Positions 23,573 to 36,933 of a stretch of DNA of 64,000 nt are shown piece after piece (position 1 is the stretch's first letter; each line of letters starts with the position of its first letter). The position numbers and the translations under genes are program-made. Under the pieces are notes generated by a model. The model made no database searches. It was not told the DNA's origin and saw only the letters and a program-made list of their open reading frames with translations. Source of the DNA: Octopus vulgaris (Eukaryota); contig OX597816.1 in the NCBI GenBank assembly GCA_951406725.2, forward strand, positions 117,614,001 through 117,678,000, given 5' to 3'.

Positions 23573-24105
23573 TGAACGAGAGAGCAGTGCATGCCATCAA
23601 AGTGACATGGGGTATAAATACATGAAGCCAAATCTACCTATCATGACTACCCGTCTGATAAGGATACACCAGGCACATGCATCACAACAGTATGTGCTCG
23701 ACTTCATGATCTCATATCAAGATAAACAGAGCATGGCCTTGCATGTGGGGTCCAGTTAGAAGTTTCTTCAGGTTGAGTTGCCCATCTCACTAAAAGGGTC
23801 TATGAATAAGGTTTGTTTAAGGATGACGAACGAAACATCCATGTTTCCAGAGGTGAATTACTCAAGCTCTCAACACGTGGTTATGATGCCCCCCTACTAC
23901 TTCTGCTCGTGATCAGAAATGTTCATATCGTCAGCCACTAAAGGACATGCTCAACTGGTTATGGTCAAGTAACTGACAAGCAAATCTGTGATATTAAGCA
24001 GAATATTTACTGTAGCCCATCTTTTATACCAAGAAAAAATATGTACATGATAACACTTCTAATCAGAAGCCATGAGAGCACAGTGCCTGGCTCTCGAAGC
24101 ATCAA
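23573..24105 (-). mobile_element. Probable non-autonomous retroposon ending in (TAA)n
   Basis: Non-coding, moderately GC-rich block whose minus strand ends ...tttgatggcatgcactgctctctcgttc directly into an (aat)n tract. Confidence 0.4.
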
Positions 24106-26874
24106 CGCTTCTTTTTTTCCGTTCCAATTCATGACTGTATTTCACGCATTACAAAATGAAAACTCTTTGGAGGTATGGTGCAGGCTTGGCTGTGTGGTTA
24201 AGAAGCTCGTTTTGCAATCACGTGGCTTCGGGTTCTGTCTCACTGTTTTTACCGATTGTATTTTAATTGCTTACATATTTTAACGACATTTCTCTTTTAA
24301 AATGTATACCAAAGGAACCTATCGAACAACTAAAGTAAACATAATTGTATGCAGCGATTACAAAATCATATTGCACTACAAAAAATGAACACAACGAAAG
24401 AAGAAAAAAAATGCATATTTAATAGAAAAAGAAAGGAACACAAAGCCTACTCCATCTCTTTTGTTGCATACATAGTGTTTATACTTGACAAGAGTCAGAG
24501 AGAAATAATTAATTAAGACAGTGTTTTCCTTGCCCCAAGATTCAGCTATGGTGGCAGCTTTCAATTATCGACGAAATATTTAGACAATACACTGCATGGA
24601 ATTTTGGAAGAAATTGTAACATAACTTTGTAGCATGACCTTTCTAGCATAACCTTTGTAGCATATATTATATTACAATTTGTTGCACTTTCAGGACCCAA
24701 CCAAAACATATTGGCCAAAATTCTTGTATTTCCGCTTATACACTCCAGCACAAAGAATGAAGAAATACAAGGAACATTGAAACTATGTAGATCCAAGGCT
24801 GGTAGTTATTTTTGTATCAGCAGTATATACGGATTGTTAAAGCAGTGATATATGGTTACGTGAGGCCATATGGATTTGCATATCTTAACGAACTTCGAAG
24901 GCCATCAGGCAATGTCAGGACTGTGCCCTGTTGAAAGTGCTGAAACAAAGTTTATGAGATTGATAGTATAAGACCTAGTTGCTACATATATATTACTAAG
25001 AGCCATCTGAGAATATTTTATCCCGAAGAACTGGCAAAACTTAGAAAGTAAATGAGAAAGGAAAGTAGCGGAGCGTAACCAAGAGAACAAGAAGAGCAAG
25101 CCCCAATTTTCAGAGCACGATCAGTTACAGCTCTAGAATTGTAAAGAGAGGTTACCTTCTATTCAGTCCAGGAAACAAGTGAGCTGAAGCAGTGTCTCTT
25201 AACACTGCAATCAGCAACGCCATTCTACGGTTGTATGACAAGGAAGAGGCAATAGTTGCCGAGGAAAGTATCGAAACTATGAAAATCAGAGAAAGAAATC
25301 ACACACACAAAAGTGAATAGCAATGACGGCGAGAACAATGAACTGAAATCCAGCAACATCTAATAAACAGAATCATGTATCTGTGGCGCAAGCGATCTCC
25401 TGATGATATAAAAATGACAGAAGTGCAGTTAGGGCTGGAATAAAGAAGACTCGCAATGAACAAGTTGTTGGCAAAAACAATGCAAATATATTCCGACAAG
25501 CTGAAATATTGTTATCTTGAAGACGTGAGTTGCTATTCATTCTAACCTACTCAAAAAATGTTAACAAATATCTTTGGTTGCACGTGACATTTTAAACGGA
25601 ACATTAACATAAAGCTCGCCGGCCTCGGAGGTTGGTAAAGTTTGGATGAAGGGGTGAAAACATTGTCAGTAGTCTTTCAATAATCTCAAGATATCTTATA
25701 ATTTTTATTAATATTCTTTTTTTCTCCATGACATTTCATCATTTTGGATGTTATCATCTTAATCATATAAATATTAAATTTCATAATTATTTTAATTGTC
25801 GTTAGCAATATTAATTTTTCTCCCATCATTCAGTAGTTTATTTTAATCAGTATTTTATTAATTTTTCTCCTTTTTTTTCTTCATGAAAGGTTTTCAAATA
25901 TTATTGCTTTCATGTTTAATTATTATCATTATTTCTAACTTTGGCATCTATAAATTGGTGTATATTTCGATTTTCACTTAATTCTGATCTCAGCTGAAAC
26001 ACGATAAGTATAGAAATACTTAAAGTATGCAATAAGCTCATGTCTCTTAAGTAAATGAATACATACTCAACTTTAATAATATATTAAGTCCTTTAATGAA
26101 CTATAGACATCTTGAATTCCTCTCTAAGACTTTGACAAATTACATATGCGTATTAATATAAATATTTATATCTGTATCTATCGACACACACACACACACA
26201 TGAACGCACACGTACGAACAAACACACACACACATACACATATGTATGTATAATTGTGTATATACATGCAGATATAGATACATACATATATACAAACGCA
26301 TATAGACATACTAATATATATGCGTGTATATGTATGTGTGTGTGTGTGAGTAAGACTTTGGGTTATGTCTGTGTGCCTGTTCATGTGTGCGTGTATGTGT
26401 GAGTATTTGTTGATGAGTGTGTGCGTCAATGTCCATGCCAGCCAACTAACCAACTAGTCAGCCAGTCAATATCTATGCTGTGCAGGTATATTTGTACGCA
26501 AGTCTTTATTTATGATAGTGAGATTGACATGAAAGAGAGCAATATTGACGTAAAAGACAAAAAAAAAGGAAAAGAAAAAAAAACTAAACATTCTAACAAT
26601 GTATATTTTAACAGCAAGTAGGTGTTTAAGAGGCAAAAGATCTTTAAGAAGTTGTAGATATTTAAAAAGAGGACACCTTTTATTGATTAATGATTTTATG
26701 GAAGCATGATGAAGAAATTTTCCTTTCGAAACATTTGATTTTCAAAGCAATACATTTTTTTCCTTTTATTTTTTTCATTTTGTTTTGACACTATGTTTAG
26801 ATATATGTATTTGTGCGTGTATACATATATGCATACGTGCATACATACACACTTCGATATATATGTATGCATTC

Positions 26875-26916
<42 letters not shown>

Positions 26917-27001
26917 ACGTTTATATACATACATGCATTTTCTACATATATATATATATATAAATGTATGTATGTGTATACATGTATGCATGTACACACA
27001 T

Positions 27002-27047
<46 letters not shown>

Positions 27048-27209
27048 GTATATAAGTAAGCATGCATGAGTGTGTGTGTCTGTGTGCGTGTGTGTGTACG
27101 TGCATCTGCATGTGTCTCTGTATATTTTTCCTTCCAACATGTTGCATTCAACACTCGATAACATTTAACGTCTACGAAAAGTGTCTTGTGCTCTTTTCTT
27201 AAGTTTGTA

Positions 27210-27271
<62 letters not shown>

Positions 27272-27789
27272 GGTGCATGTGTGTTTGTGTCTTGGTGTGT
27301 CTGTGTATGCACTTGCATGTCTATGTGTGTTGATAACATAAACATCCTAAATAGAATTGTATAAAAAAAGACTTATAAAATAAAGACTAATATAAACATA
27401 GTTTACTGCACCCGAGGAATAAATAGAAAAAATACTGTTCGCTGAAGTAACTCGGACTTGAAATTTTAAACCCATGATGATAACGTTACCAATAACATCA
27501 CTACCATAATCCTGACTGCTAACTTACAAAACCGCTTTAATGAAAAAAGAAACAACTACCGCTAACAACCAATTCATCTTGAAGATGAGACCAACGATGT
27601 CTAGAAACGGTGACATAGCTACGTGAATTATTATTCGAAATTAAAGATAGAGTAATAACATGGTAGTGTGATAAATCATCAGTAAAATGACCAAGCTTAT
27701 ACTCGAATAAAGTTCGAGTTCTTCAATTCGACACACAAATACACACACGCAAGCACACAGATACACACATGCACGCACACACACACACA

Positions 27790-27839
<50 letters not shown>

Positions 27840-28559
27840 ATAAGGAAAGACAGAAGTAGATGGGAACATATTGGTCAGAGAGAGATACACGTATGTATTT
27901 AGACACAAAAGTTATAAAATAAAAGAATCATAATATTTTAAAGCGTTGCGTTTGGTTGTATGTATAACCACTATATAAAATTGTATGTTATGCAATAATA
28001 AAGTTTAGTCGTTCTGAATATCGATAACGGAAATCAAGGAAACAACGGCGAAAAATCTATTTAAAATTCTTATCATTTTTTCACTTCATTTTCAGAGCTT
28101 TACATCCTGTGTTCGAATCCCGCCGTGGACACTCATTACAGGGTATCGATAGTATCGTTTAACTCCTTTCCCCACATAATTTTCTGGCTTTGTGTCTATA
28201 CTAGAAACCATTATTAACTCCATATTAATACTCAATCTTCCACACACTCACGTACATACACACACGCACAGCTAATATATATACATGGATATACATATAC
28301 TCACATGTCGAACTCTTGCATTCTTTTTACAGGGAGGGGCTAATACCAGTTATCCAAAATCTTACCTATTTGCAGGGAATTCTTTAGGAACGTCTCGCTG
28401 GCCATTTCTCATTGTTTGCTTCGTGTGTATGGGATAATCCCTGTTCCTTCGGCGAGGAAACGATTTGGCGCTGTAACAACCTAATTCTTTGAGATAAATG
28501 CGTTGAGTCCCAGCAAATATTTACAGAGTCACCTGCATACTTCAATGAAACTCTGATAA

Positions 28560-29330
28560 GAAGACTTGCATGGAAGATTCAACACATAGAACAATCACCT
28601 GCGCAGGGCAGAAATAGAATTAGAAGTAGGCGTATAAATAAAAATATTAATTTAATCCACCATTTAACCTTACAGTAGACTGCAGGAACTAAAATCTTCA
28701 TTCAACTGATTAAAAGGCACTTCACAACACAGATGCTACCAAGTTTTCAACAGAAATGTCATTAAACTCTCCAATTCCATCTTTGGCAAATTTCCTTCAA
28801 ACCCTCGCTTCCTTCAGTCTTAAGTTGTATGGATAAAATAAACAAGTACCTGTTAACAACTGCAACTGTCACAAACCGAATACATGTGCACTTAACTTCA
28901 ATTATCTAGCATAAAATATTTGCAAACGCTTTGTTTAAATCCACAGCCCCCTAACTTAATCATTTGTATTTTCATGTTCAGTATCAGCGACCATTTAATG
29001 GACTATGGCTTCCTCTAAATTTGTAAATATGTGCCATTGATGCACGATAAACAATAGTTCAGCTTGCGCAAGAATCCCCATTGCAAGGATCATACAAAAT
29101 CTAACGTGGTAAGGAAGAAAACAATACTAGTTTGTGACTAATGTTATTTTAATAATCTGATCATGTATGGGAGACAGCATATATGTTTCCGTATTGTCAT
29201 GACTTCATCGGGTAAGCATAAACTTCATGTACTTACATAAGTAAATGTAGAAGACTAACGTGGAAAAATGGAATTGATTTGAAAGTAAGGAGTCTGGTTG
29301 TGAGAAACGAGAGTGCGGTAGACTATGTAC
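28560..29330 (+). pseudogene. Highly decayed second PLE (Naiad-like) linker/endonuclease region
   Basis: Fragments FNPPFNL, GTKIFIQLIKRHF, YQVFNRNVIKLSNS and NCNCHKPNTCALNFNYL match the PLE WFNPP...KIFNRN.VKLSYS...CNC.....CPL.G.CL pattern; boundaries approximate. Confidence 0.65.
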
Positions 29331-29495
29331 TTTACAATACAAAATTTCGTATATCTACGATCTGATTTTGAATCTAGCTGGGGTCAGTTTTGGTTTTTAT
29401 CTATGTGAGATCCAATTGAATTAACTTCTCGTTTAATATAGGACTTATACAAATAAAACAAGCAAAAACCAAAACATTAAAAAACAGAAGCAATA

Positions 29496-30515
29496 TCAAT
29501 ATCTATAAAGCTGAAATGCGAAAAATTTATTTGTCTCATTTTGGGATGGGAACGGTCTAAGGGCCGGTAGATGGGGTCGGATTGGCGCCAAAATTTACAG
29601 GGACATGTAAAAAGAGGCGAGGAGGCGACTGGACTAGGTTAGAAACCCCTTTCTCAAAAGCCGTGGTTACTAGGGCAACAAAACCCAGACTTTGACAAGT
29701 GTTTGTCGTGTCTCCCTTTCGGATATCACCCTGTCTTCCTCGATCACTCTCTTTCCTTCCTTCTCTCTACTTTTCATCAATATCTATAAAGCTGAAATGC
29801 AAAGAAGTTGTTTGATTTCTTGGTTATTTGTCTCATTTTGGGATGGGAACGGTTTAAGGGGAGATAAATGGGGTCGGATTGGCGTCAAAATTTACACTGT
29901 GGGGTAAAATGGGGTGGGTAAGGGTGTGAGGAGGGTTGCAAGTCGTTCGGGGCTACTGTTTGGTTGCCATGGCGAGGAACATGGGAAAAATTGAGTTTTA
30001 TGGGATAGACAGGTTGCGCTGTTTGAATAATTATGGCTTTTCGTGTTGCTGCAAGGGCTAGAGGCGGTTATCTTTAACTGTGGGTGTAAAAATTTGGGGG
30101 ATTTTGGAAAGGGGGGTAAAATGTTTCAACTTTTAAAAAGAGTACATTTTTGCCCTATTTTTAGATTTAATTTTTTTCTGTTTGCATTATTTGGTTGACA
30201 TGGGTAAAAATGACATTGTGTTAAAGGCCAAAATTTTAGCTTTCATTTGCATCATGAACCGTCAAAATATACCAGAAAAGAGTATCAAATTTCACAAAAT
30301 TTTAAGTAATTTTGAATTACTTTTGTGATTTTACGTGCACGCGTAAGAGAAAGCGAGGGAGAGTCCGAGAGAAAGAAAGAGTAAGAGAGTGGGAAAGTGA
30401 GAGAGAAAGTAGAGAGAAACAAAGAGGGAGAATGTGGCGATAAGAAACAGAAAAGAAGCAACAGAAAGTAACAACCACACCCTCACCGCGCGTAGAGCGG
30501 GTCACCTTAAGCTAG
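29496..30515 (+). mobile_element. Non-autonomous Helitron with duplicated 5' end
   Basis: a|TCaatatctataaagctgaaatg at 29496 and again at 29777; 3' hairpin ccgc(gcgtaga)gcgg followed by CTAG|t at 30512-30515; A|T target and no TSD. Confidence 0.75.
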
Positions 30516-32244
30516 TTATCTATATTTTTCAAGCTGACAATGTATATAGATATGGACAATGTTTCGATATTATGTTAATTCTTTTAAGTTAATGTCTGAT
30601 GAATACTTCGATATGTTTCCGGTAAAACTTTTTAAGGGGTTTGTACGGTTTTACTCCATATCAATACATTCTGGTTAATATGCAAATCTTTCCTTTCGTT
30701 ACTACTCATGTTGGGACTGGGTAACAATATCTGTTACTAAATCGTCCAGATTTGTTTATCTTCCAAAATACAAATATTCGGTGTTAGTATTTTAGGTGCA
30801 CTTTTGAAAGCTATTTGCTTGTTGAGGGAGATTTGACAGTTCAAACAGATCAAGCGACTCCGTAAAATCTACCTTTCTGATTTGAATCATGATTGCAATA
30901 ACATCTTAGAGTACGAAATATTATTTTTAGCATCAAATCCATAATGGTACCTAATTCCTGACCTTCAACGACACGGCTTTAATAGCGGTTCGATACATTC
31001 TCGTATTCCTTTGAACGCACAATCGTCTTAGTGAAAGCGTGTGTATTTTCGTAAATTTGTGTGCAAACAAACATATATTCAAGTTTTTATAGCAATAAAT
31101 CGATATTATATTAATAAAAAATAGATGTGTGAACTACTTGGGTAAAATGCTTCAAAGATACAACATACTACACCATACAATATAGTAGTAACAAAATGTG
31201 TAAACTGCTTCGATATAAATGCAACTATACAATCTAATGTATCTCTTCTGTGAACAAGTAATGAACAGAGTCTGTGTCAGTCTCTTATATTAAAACTACT
31301 GAACCATGAAAAGTCTATTGTGTGAATTAATGAGTAAAGTAAGGAAATGAAATTTACTGAAAAACATAAACAAAATAGAAACAAAATATGTTTCAATACA
31401 GTATTTATGTTTGATAACAATTTAGTTTCTGCCCTGAAAGTTTATTGTTTGGTAATGTTGATATTATTTTACCAACATTTCATTAATTATAGAACTAAGT
31501 ATATAACATTTATTGCTTCTATAGGTTTCCAAATATTTGTTAAATAACATCTATATTACATCTCTATAGAAGCGTCTGATATATTTTTCTAGTTTTAATC
31601 ATCACAAGCTATTTATCTAACTTAACTATACAAAACAAATCAATGTTTATTTTCATTAAATATCACATAACTTCATTGTAACCACTTGTTTATATTTCTA
31701 TTTAACTGTTTCAGTGGGTAGTCAACTTGACACAAAGGCAAAGGTGTCATTGATGAAGCTTGGAAGCAACAACCATGAATCTTACGGTTCTGAGAATTAT
31801 ATTTGATGGATCCAACTACGCGTCTACCTCATAATCTTCAGGAGCTTTGAAAATAAATAGACATCAGTATGATTAAACTCATTAGAAATGGAGATGAATG
31901 TGTTTGACTTCACGGTTGAGGAACCGACAATTTTTGATCGAATCTTTAACATATTTTCTTGGCGGGAGATTACATAAACCAATGTGGTTTAAAGGAACTA
32001 GTCATATGACATTTAGGAAAAGGGAAAGAAAAACAAGAAAACAATGGCCCATCGGTATTTTCTGCAATATATACCTTTAGTGAAAGTTTACTTCCGTCCA
32101 GGAAACCAGCAGGCACAGTGTACTATTTGAAAATGCAATGCCAATATGCAGTTAGGAACACATAAAAACTGTTGAAAGGAAAAAGAAAAAAAATGGTGAC
32201 TGGTACATATATATGTGTATGTGTGTGTATGTGCGTGTGTGTAT

Positions 32245-32270
32245 GGGAGTGGCTGTGAAAGAAGCCCGTC

Positions 32271-32321
<51 letters not shown>

Positions 32322-32520
32322 TATATGTTTGTCTCCCCACCATCACTTGACAACCGATGTTGATATGTTACGACTCCGTAACTTAGCGATTCGGCTAAAG
32401 ACACGATAGAATAAGTACTAGACTTGAAAAGAATAAGTCTTGGAGTCGATTTCTTCAGTTGAAAGCGGTGCTCTAGCATGGCCGCAGTCATTTTACTGAA
32501 CCAAATAAGAGAATAAAAGA
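32245..32520 (+). mobile_element. SINE family B, internally deleted
   Basis: ggagtggctgtg joined to gaaagaagcccgtc(microsatellite)...gcatggccgcagtca. Confidence 0.8.
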
Positions 32521-32575
32521 ATATAAATATATATATTATATATATACATATACATACATACATACATATACATAC

Positions 32576-32648
<73 letters not shown>

Positions 32649-32831
32649 TATATGTTACATATATGGCAAATGAAAGACGAAAGATGGAATATACGAGAAT
32701 GTATTATTAATCGCGACAATTGTATCGACACATCTAGTATCGATTCATTTGCCATATACCTAACGATCACTGTGAAAGTGATTGTACTTTACCAGTAAGC
32801 TACCAGATGTAAACCATTTGTTTTATTATCC

Positions 32832-32896
<65 letters not shown>

Positions 32897-32899
32897 TTA

Positions 32900-33378
32900 T
32901 ATTCTTTTATTCTTTTATTTGCTTCAGACTGCGGCCATGCTGGAGCACTGCCTTTAGTCGAGCATATAGACCCCAGACCTTATTCTTTGTAACCCTAGTA
33001 TTTATTCTATCGGTCTCTTTCGCTGAACCGCTAGACTACGGGGACGTAAACACACTAGCATCGGTTGTCAAGTGATGTTGAGAGGACAAACACAGATACA
33101 CAAATATACCAAACACACAAATATACACACGCACATGCATATACATACATACACACGCACACACACATGTATATGCATACGATGGGCTTCTTTCAGTTTC
33201 CGTCTGCCAAATCCACACACAGTACTTTGTTCGGCCCGAGGCTGTAGTAGAAGACAATTGCCCAAGATGCCATTCAGTGGGAGTGAACCCGGAACCATGT
33301 GATTGGTAAGCAAGCTACTTATCGCACAGCCACTACTGTGCCTATGGTTACTCCTGCGCCTATGCCTACTCCGGCGCC
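32900..33378 (-). mobile_element. SINE family B, full length
   Basis: Colinear with 7904-8350. Confidence 0.85.
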
Positions 33379-33391
33379 ATACATATATATA

Positions 33392-33885
33392 CTAGTAGTA
33401 TAGCCCGGATTTACCCGGGATTAAGTTAGGATTATTAAGCTAATCAAGCTTTTTATTTCGAACCAAACTAAATAACATCGACGTCAAATTTGAGCGAAAT
33501 CCGTTGAAATTGGTAAACTTTTGGCTGAAAATGAGTTGCAGACAATTTGATTGGGAAATCTCATAAGGAATCGGTTTATCGATTTTTTGCACTCATCGAT
33601 TGTTTTTCTTTCGCTTTTGGAGAACTTAAAGCATTCAAAGATCCCATGAGTCCTAAGTAATGCTGGCATCAAGTTTGAACAAAATACATCAAAATTGGTA
33701 AAAGTTATGGTTGAAAATGGGGTGTAGCCAATTTTAGTGGGAAATCCTATAAGGAATCGGTTTATCGATTTTTTAAAGTTCTGATTAAATGGAAAATCCC
33801 ATAAGGAATCAGTTTATTGATTTTTCACCCCAAATAAGACGTAACCGAACACAACATTGCTGATTCAAAAACATCTATATTTATA
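33392..33885 (-). mobile_element. Probable non-autonomous Helitron (3' end clear, 5' end uncertain)
   Basis: The minus strand ends cccgg(gtaaat)ccggg-ctatacta-CTAG|t; three internal copies of gg.aaatc..ataaggaatc.gtttat.gattttt at about 33552, 33739 and 33791. Confidence 0.6.
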
Positions 33886-34139
33886 CTTTAAAGTTGGTTT
33901 TCACACCCAGTTCTGCAGAATCAGTGTCGCGACGGGAGCGCATGGGCTGGGAGTTTGATCGGCAGACGTGGTCAGGTTGCACATGCCAGCCATTTTGAAA
34001 ACACCACGCCCATCATCTAACCCTCCTCCTTTGCACATGGTTGGGAACCCTTCCAGCAAGGAAAATAGAACGCCCAAAAGGGTTCCCAATCCTCTGTGTC
34101 AGAAGCGATTATGCTCAGATCACAACTATATATATATGT

Positions 34140-34447
34140 GGAGGCGCAATAGCCCAGTGGTTAAGGCAAGGACTCGCGGTTGTAGGATCGCGGTTTCGAT
34201 TCCCAGACCAGGCGTTGTGAGTGTTTATTGAGCGAAAACACCTAAAGCTCCGCGAGTCTCCGGCAAGGGGTGGTGGCGATCCCTGCTGTACTCTTTCGCC
34301 GCAACTTTCTCTCACTCTTTCTTCTGTTGGCCTGCTCGCTTAGCCAGCGGGGTGGCGTCATTTGAAGGCTAAAACAATGTGAAGCGCATTGTGACCAGCG
34401 ATGTGTAGCAATATCTAATAGCCTGGTCGGTCACGGTGATCACGGTG

Positions 34448-34449
<2 letters not shown>
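34140..34449 (+). mobile_element. SINE family C (tRNA-derived head)
   Basis: A box tagcccagtgg and B box ggtttcgattccc; close copy at 40922-41223. Confidence 0.85.
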
Positions 34450-34494
<45 letters not shown>

Positions 34495-34590
34495 TACATA
34501 CATACATACATAATACATACATACATACATACATACATACATACATACATACATACATACATACATACATACATACATAAATATATATAT

Positions 34591-35483
34591 GCCGGAGTCT
34601 CGATTTTAAAAGTTCAGCATTGGACTTTGAGACCAAGACCTCTGATAAGGTCATTGAGTTCTTTTTGGTTGGGATGGTATGGGTTTCTCTCTTTAGCTGC
34701 ATCTCTGAAATCTGGATCAACGATTTCAACCTCTTCTGGTGTGTTGCTCTCTTCTGAAGGTAGTTGCTCTCTCTTTGTAGGAGTGGGTTTTGGGAGCTCA
34801 GGGCAGTATGGTACTGGGGCGATTGATGACAGAAGGTCTGGTTATATGATAGCAGGTGCATTCTTGCCAGTTCGACGTTTGGAAGAGTCAGTCATGCAGA
34901 AGAAGCAGTTATTTGAATGGTAAATTAGTTAGTACTCCCCGAATTCGTGGGATTGCAAATTTCATGATTCTCTTTTCCCCTCTGTACCATCCTGTGAAAA
35001 AGCAAAATAGAAATATGAGTATAAAAATACAAATATATTACTCTTGTTTTCTCAATCATTCATCATCTTCCACCCGTAAAGAAATATTTACAATTATAGA
35101 TGTATTTACATTAGTCATTGTATGTTACTTGATTTTGTATAATATATTTTCATTAAATACATTATACATATTTTCTATAATACTGGGTAAAAAAGTGGAA
35201 AATTGTAGAAAAAAATCCCAAATTTTTACACTTAATTCCACTATCCAAATAATCAAAATTTTCCATAATACCTTCTAATACCTTCTTTTGCAGAGTTCGC
35301 AGGTGAAATGATGTGCCCAGTGTTTATTCTGATCCTCGACAGGCATGCCGGAATATGCCTTGTAGGCCACACACATTTTAGCAGATGCTGTTGCAGAGTA
35401 CTTTTTTGCTTTTCCCTTGATAAATTCACCGCAGATATAACAAAAATCCATCCGTCGGATGCTTACAACCTCTTGATGCTACC
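34591..35483 (-). pseudogene. N-terminal half of a Cys-rich DNA transposase (family uncertain, possibly TcMar-m44/Tc4-related), split by a putative intron
   Basis: Exon 1 ASRGCKHPTDGFCYICGEF...AYKAYSGMPVEDQNKHWAHHFTCELCK; exon 2 GWYRGEKRIMKFAIPRI..HSNNCFFC...PDLLSSIAPVP...NQKELNDLIRGLGL-KSNAELLKSRL; a gtatt...ttttcacag AT-rich interval at about 34992-35271. Confidence 0.7.
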
Positions 35484-35654
35484 AATAACGCTAATGTGCT
35501 CACTTTGACAGCTATATGTAAACTGAACTAAAGACTATGTTTCCAGAATCCTTTTATTTATATTGCATTCAGTGTTGCTAGAATGTTATAGAAATAAATA
35601 CACAGATATGTTTATAGGCTGCTTTGTTGTCCAAACGCGGTTCAACTCTCTGTG

Positions 35655-35728
<74 letters not shown>

Positions 35729-36701
35729 TAAATAGTATAATTACTTTAAAAACATTAATTCAGATTATAACTTCATATATAAATATTAATTTTAAAACAT
35801 CAATGTTCTGGCCACAGAGCCAAAGTTTGAAGGGACTAACAATAATATTCTTTGCTTTGTAGACCAAAGCAATTAGGAAATAATAATTAATGACTAAAGA
35901 CAAATAAATGTCTAAAATTTGCTACATAGTGTCACCAGTGAAATTGAATGGACGTGCAACGGTGTTTTCTTGGATATTTTCAAAACTTCTTCGTTACCTG
36001 ATGAAAAACGAAACTCTGAAAAGTGATGCAAACAAATGCAGTATGCATTCATACTTGACCTATGTATCAAGAGGCTGTGAGAGGATTTTCATACTTAGAG
36101 GATTTTAACATTAAGAAATCTCGTACAGATGCCATCATTCCATTTACCTTCCACTTACCATCAATTCTGGTACAACTCTTTTCCTTTTGCATACACTTAT
36201 TTGCAGTTTCATTTCGATCAAAATGGCGGCTACTCCACTCACTATAATTATAATTTTTTCACTTATCCTCACTTACATTTAATATCTCCGATTACCACTT
36301 ATGTCTCCACATAACACTGAACGCCACAGTTAAGAAAACAATAGCAACAACACAAAACTCAAGTTAGCAAACTAGATGTAAGGTCGCCAAGACTAGTGTA
36401 CAAGTATATCCTGGTCTGTCATAAGGAGTCATCCTGCTACCCACTTATTTCAGTCTATACTTGCATGGCTCTCCCTTACCTTCCCAATACATACAAAACA
36501 GTCCCATGTGCAGACGACCTCATACTTACATCTTACCATATTTTCCACAAACACAGCATCACTATAAAATTACTTCGAACCTAGATTCCCAGAAAACTGG
36601 TCCTAAAACAGTAGGCTTAAAGTAATATAGAATCCATTGCCTTCTTTCTTATCAACAATACTTGAAAACTTCAAATACAGCGAAGCATTACACACATTAA
36701 T

Positions 36702-36933
36702 ATTGGTTTCAAGTTTTGGCACGAAGCCAGCAAGTTCGAGGGAGAGGCTAAGTCATTTACATCGAGGGAGGGACTAAATCGTTTGCAGTTCTCAACAGGT
36801 ACTTATTTCACCGATCCCAGAAAGTTGAAAGGTATAGTCGACCACGGCAGAATTTGAGCTCAGAACTTAAAGACGGACGAAATGCCGGTAAGCATTATGC
36901 TCGGGGTGCTAACGACTCTGCCAGCTTGCCGCC
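36702..36933 (-). mobile_element. SINE family A
   Basis: Reverse-complement match to family A. Confidence 0.8.

Noticed and set aside
24550-25600. Coding-like composition here and at about 52900-53500
   Set aside because: No recognisable motifs in any frame that I could read; probably old transposon debris.
34140-34215. tRNA-like sequences here and at 40922, 50661 and 63096
   Set aside because: A/B boxes continue into shared SINE bodies; these are SINE heads, not tRNA genes.
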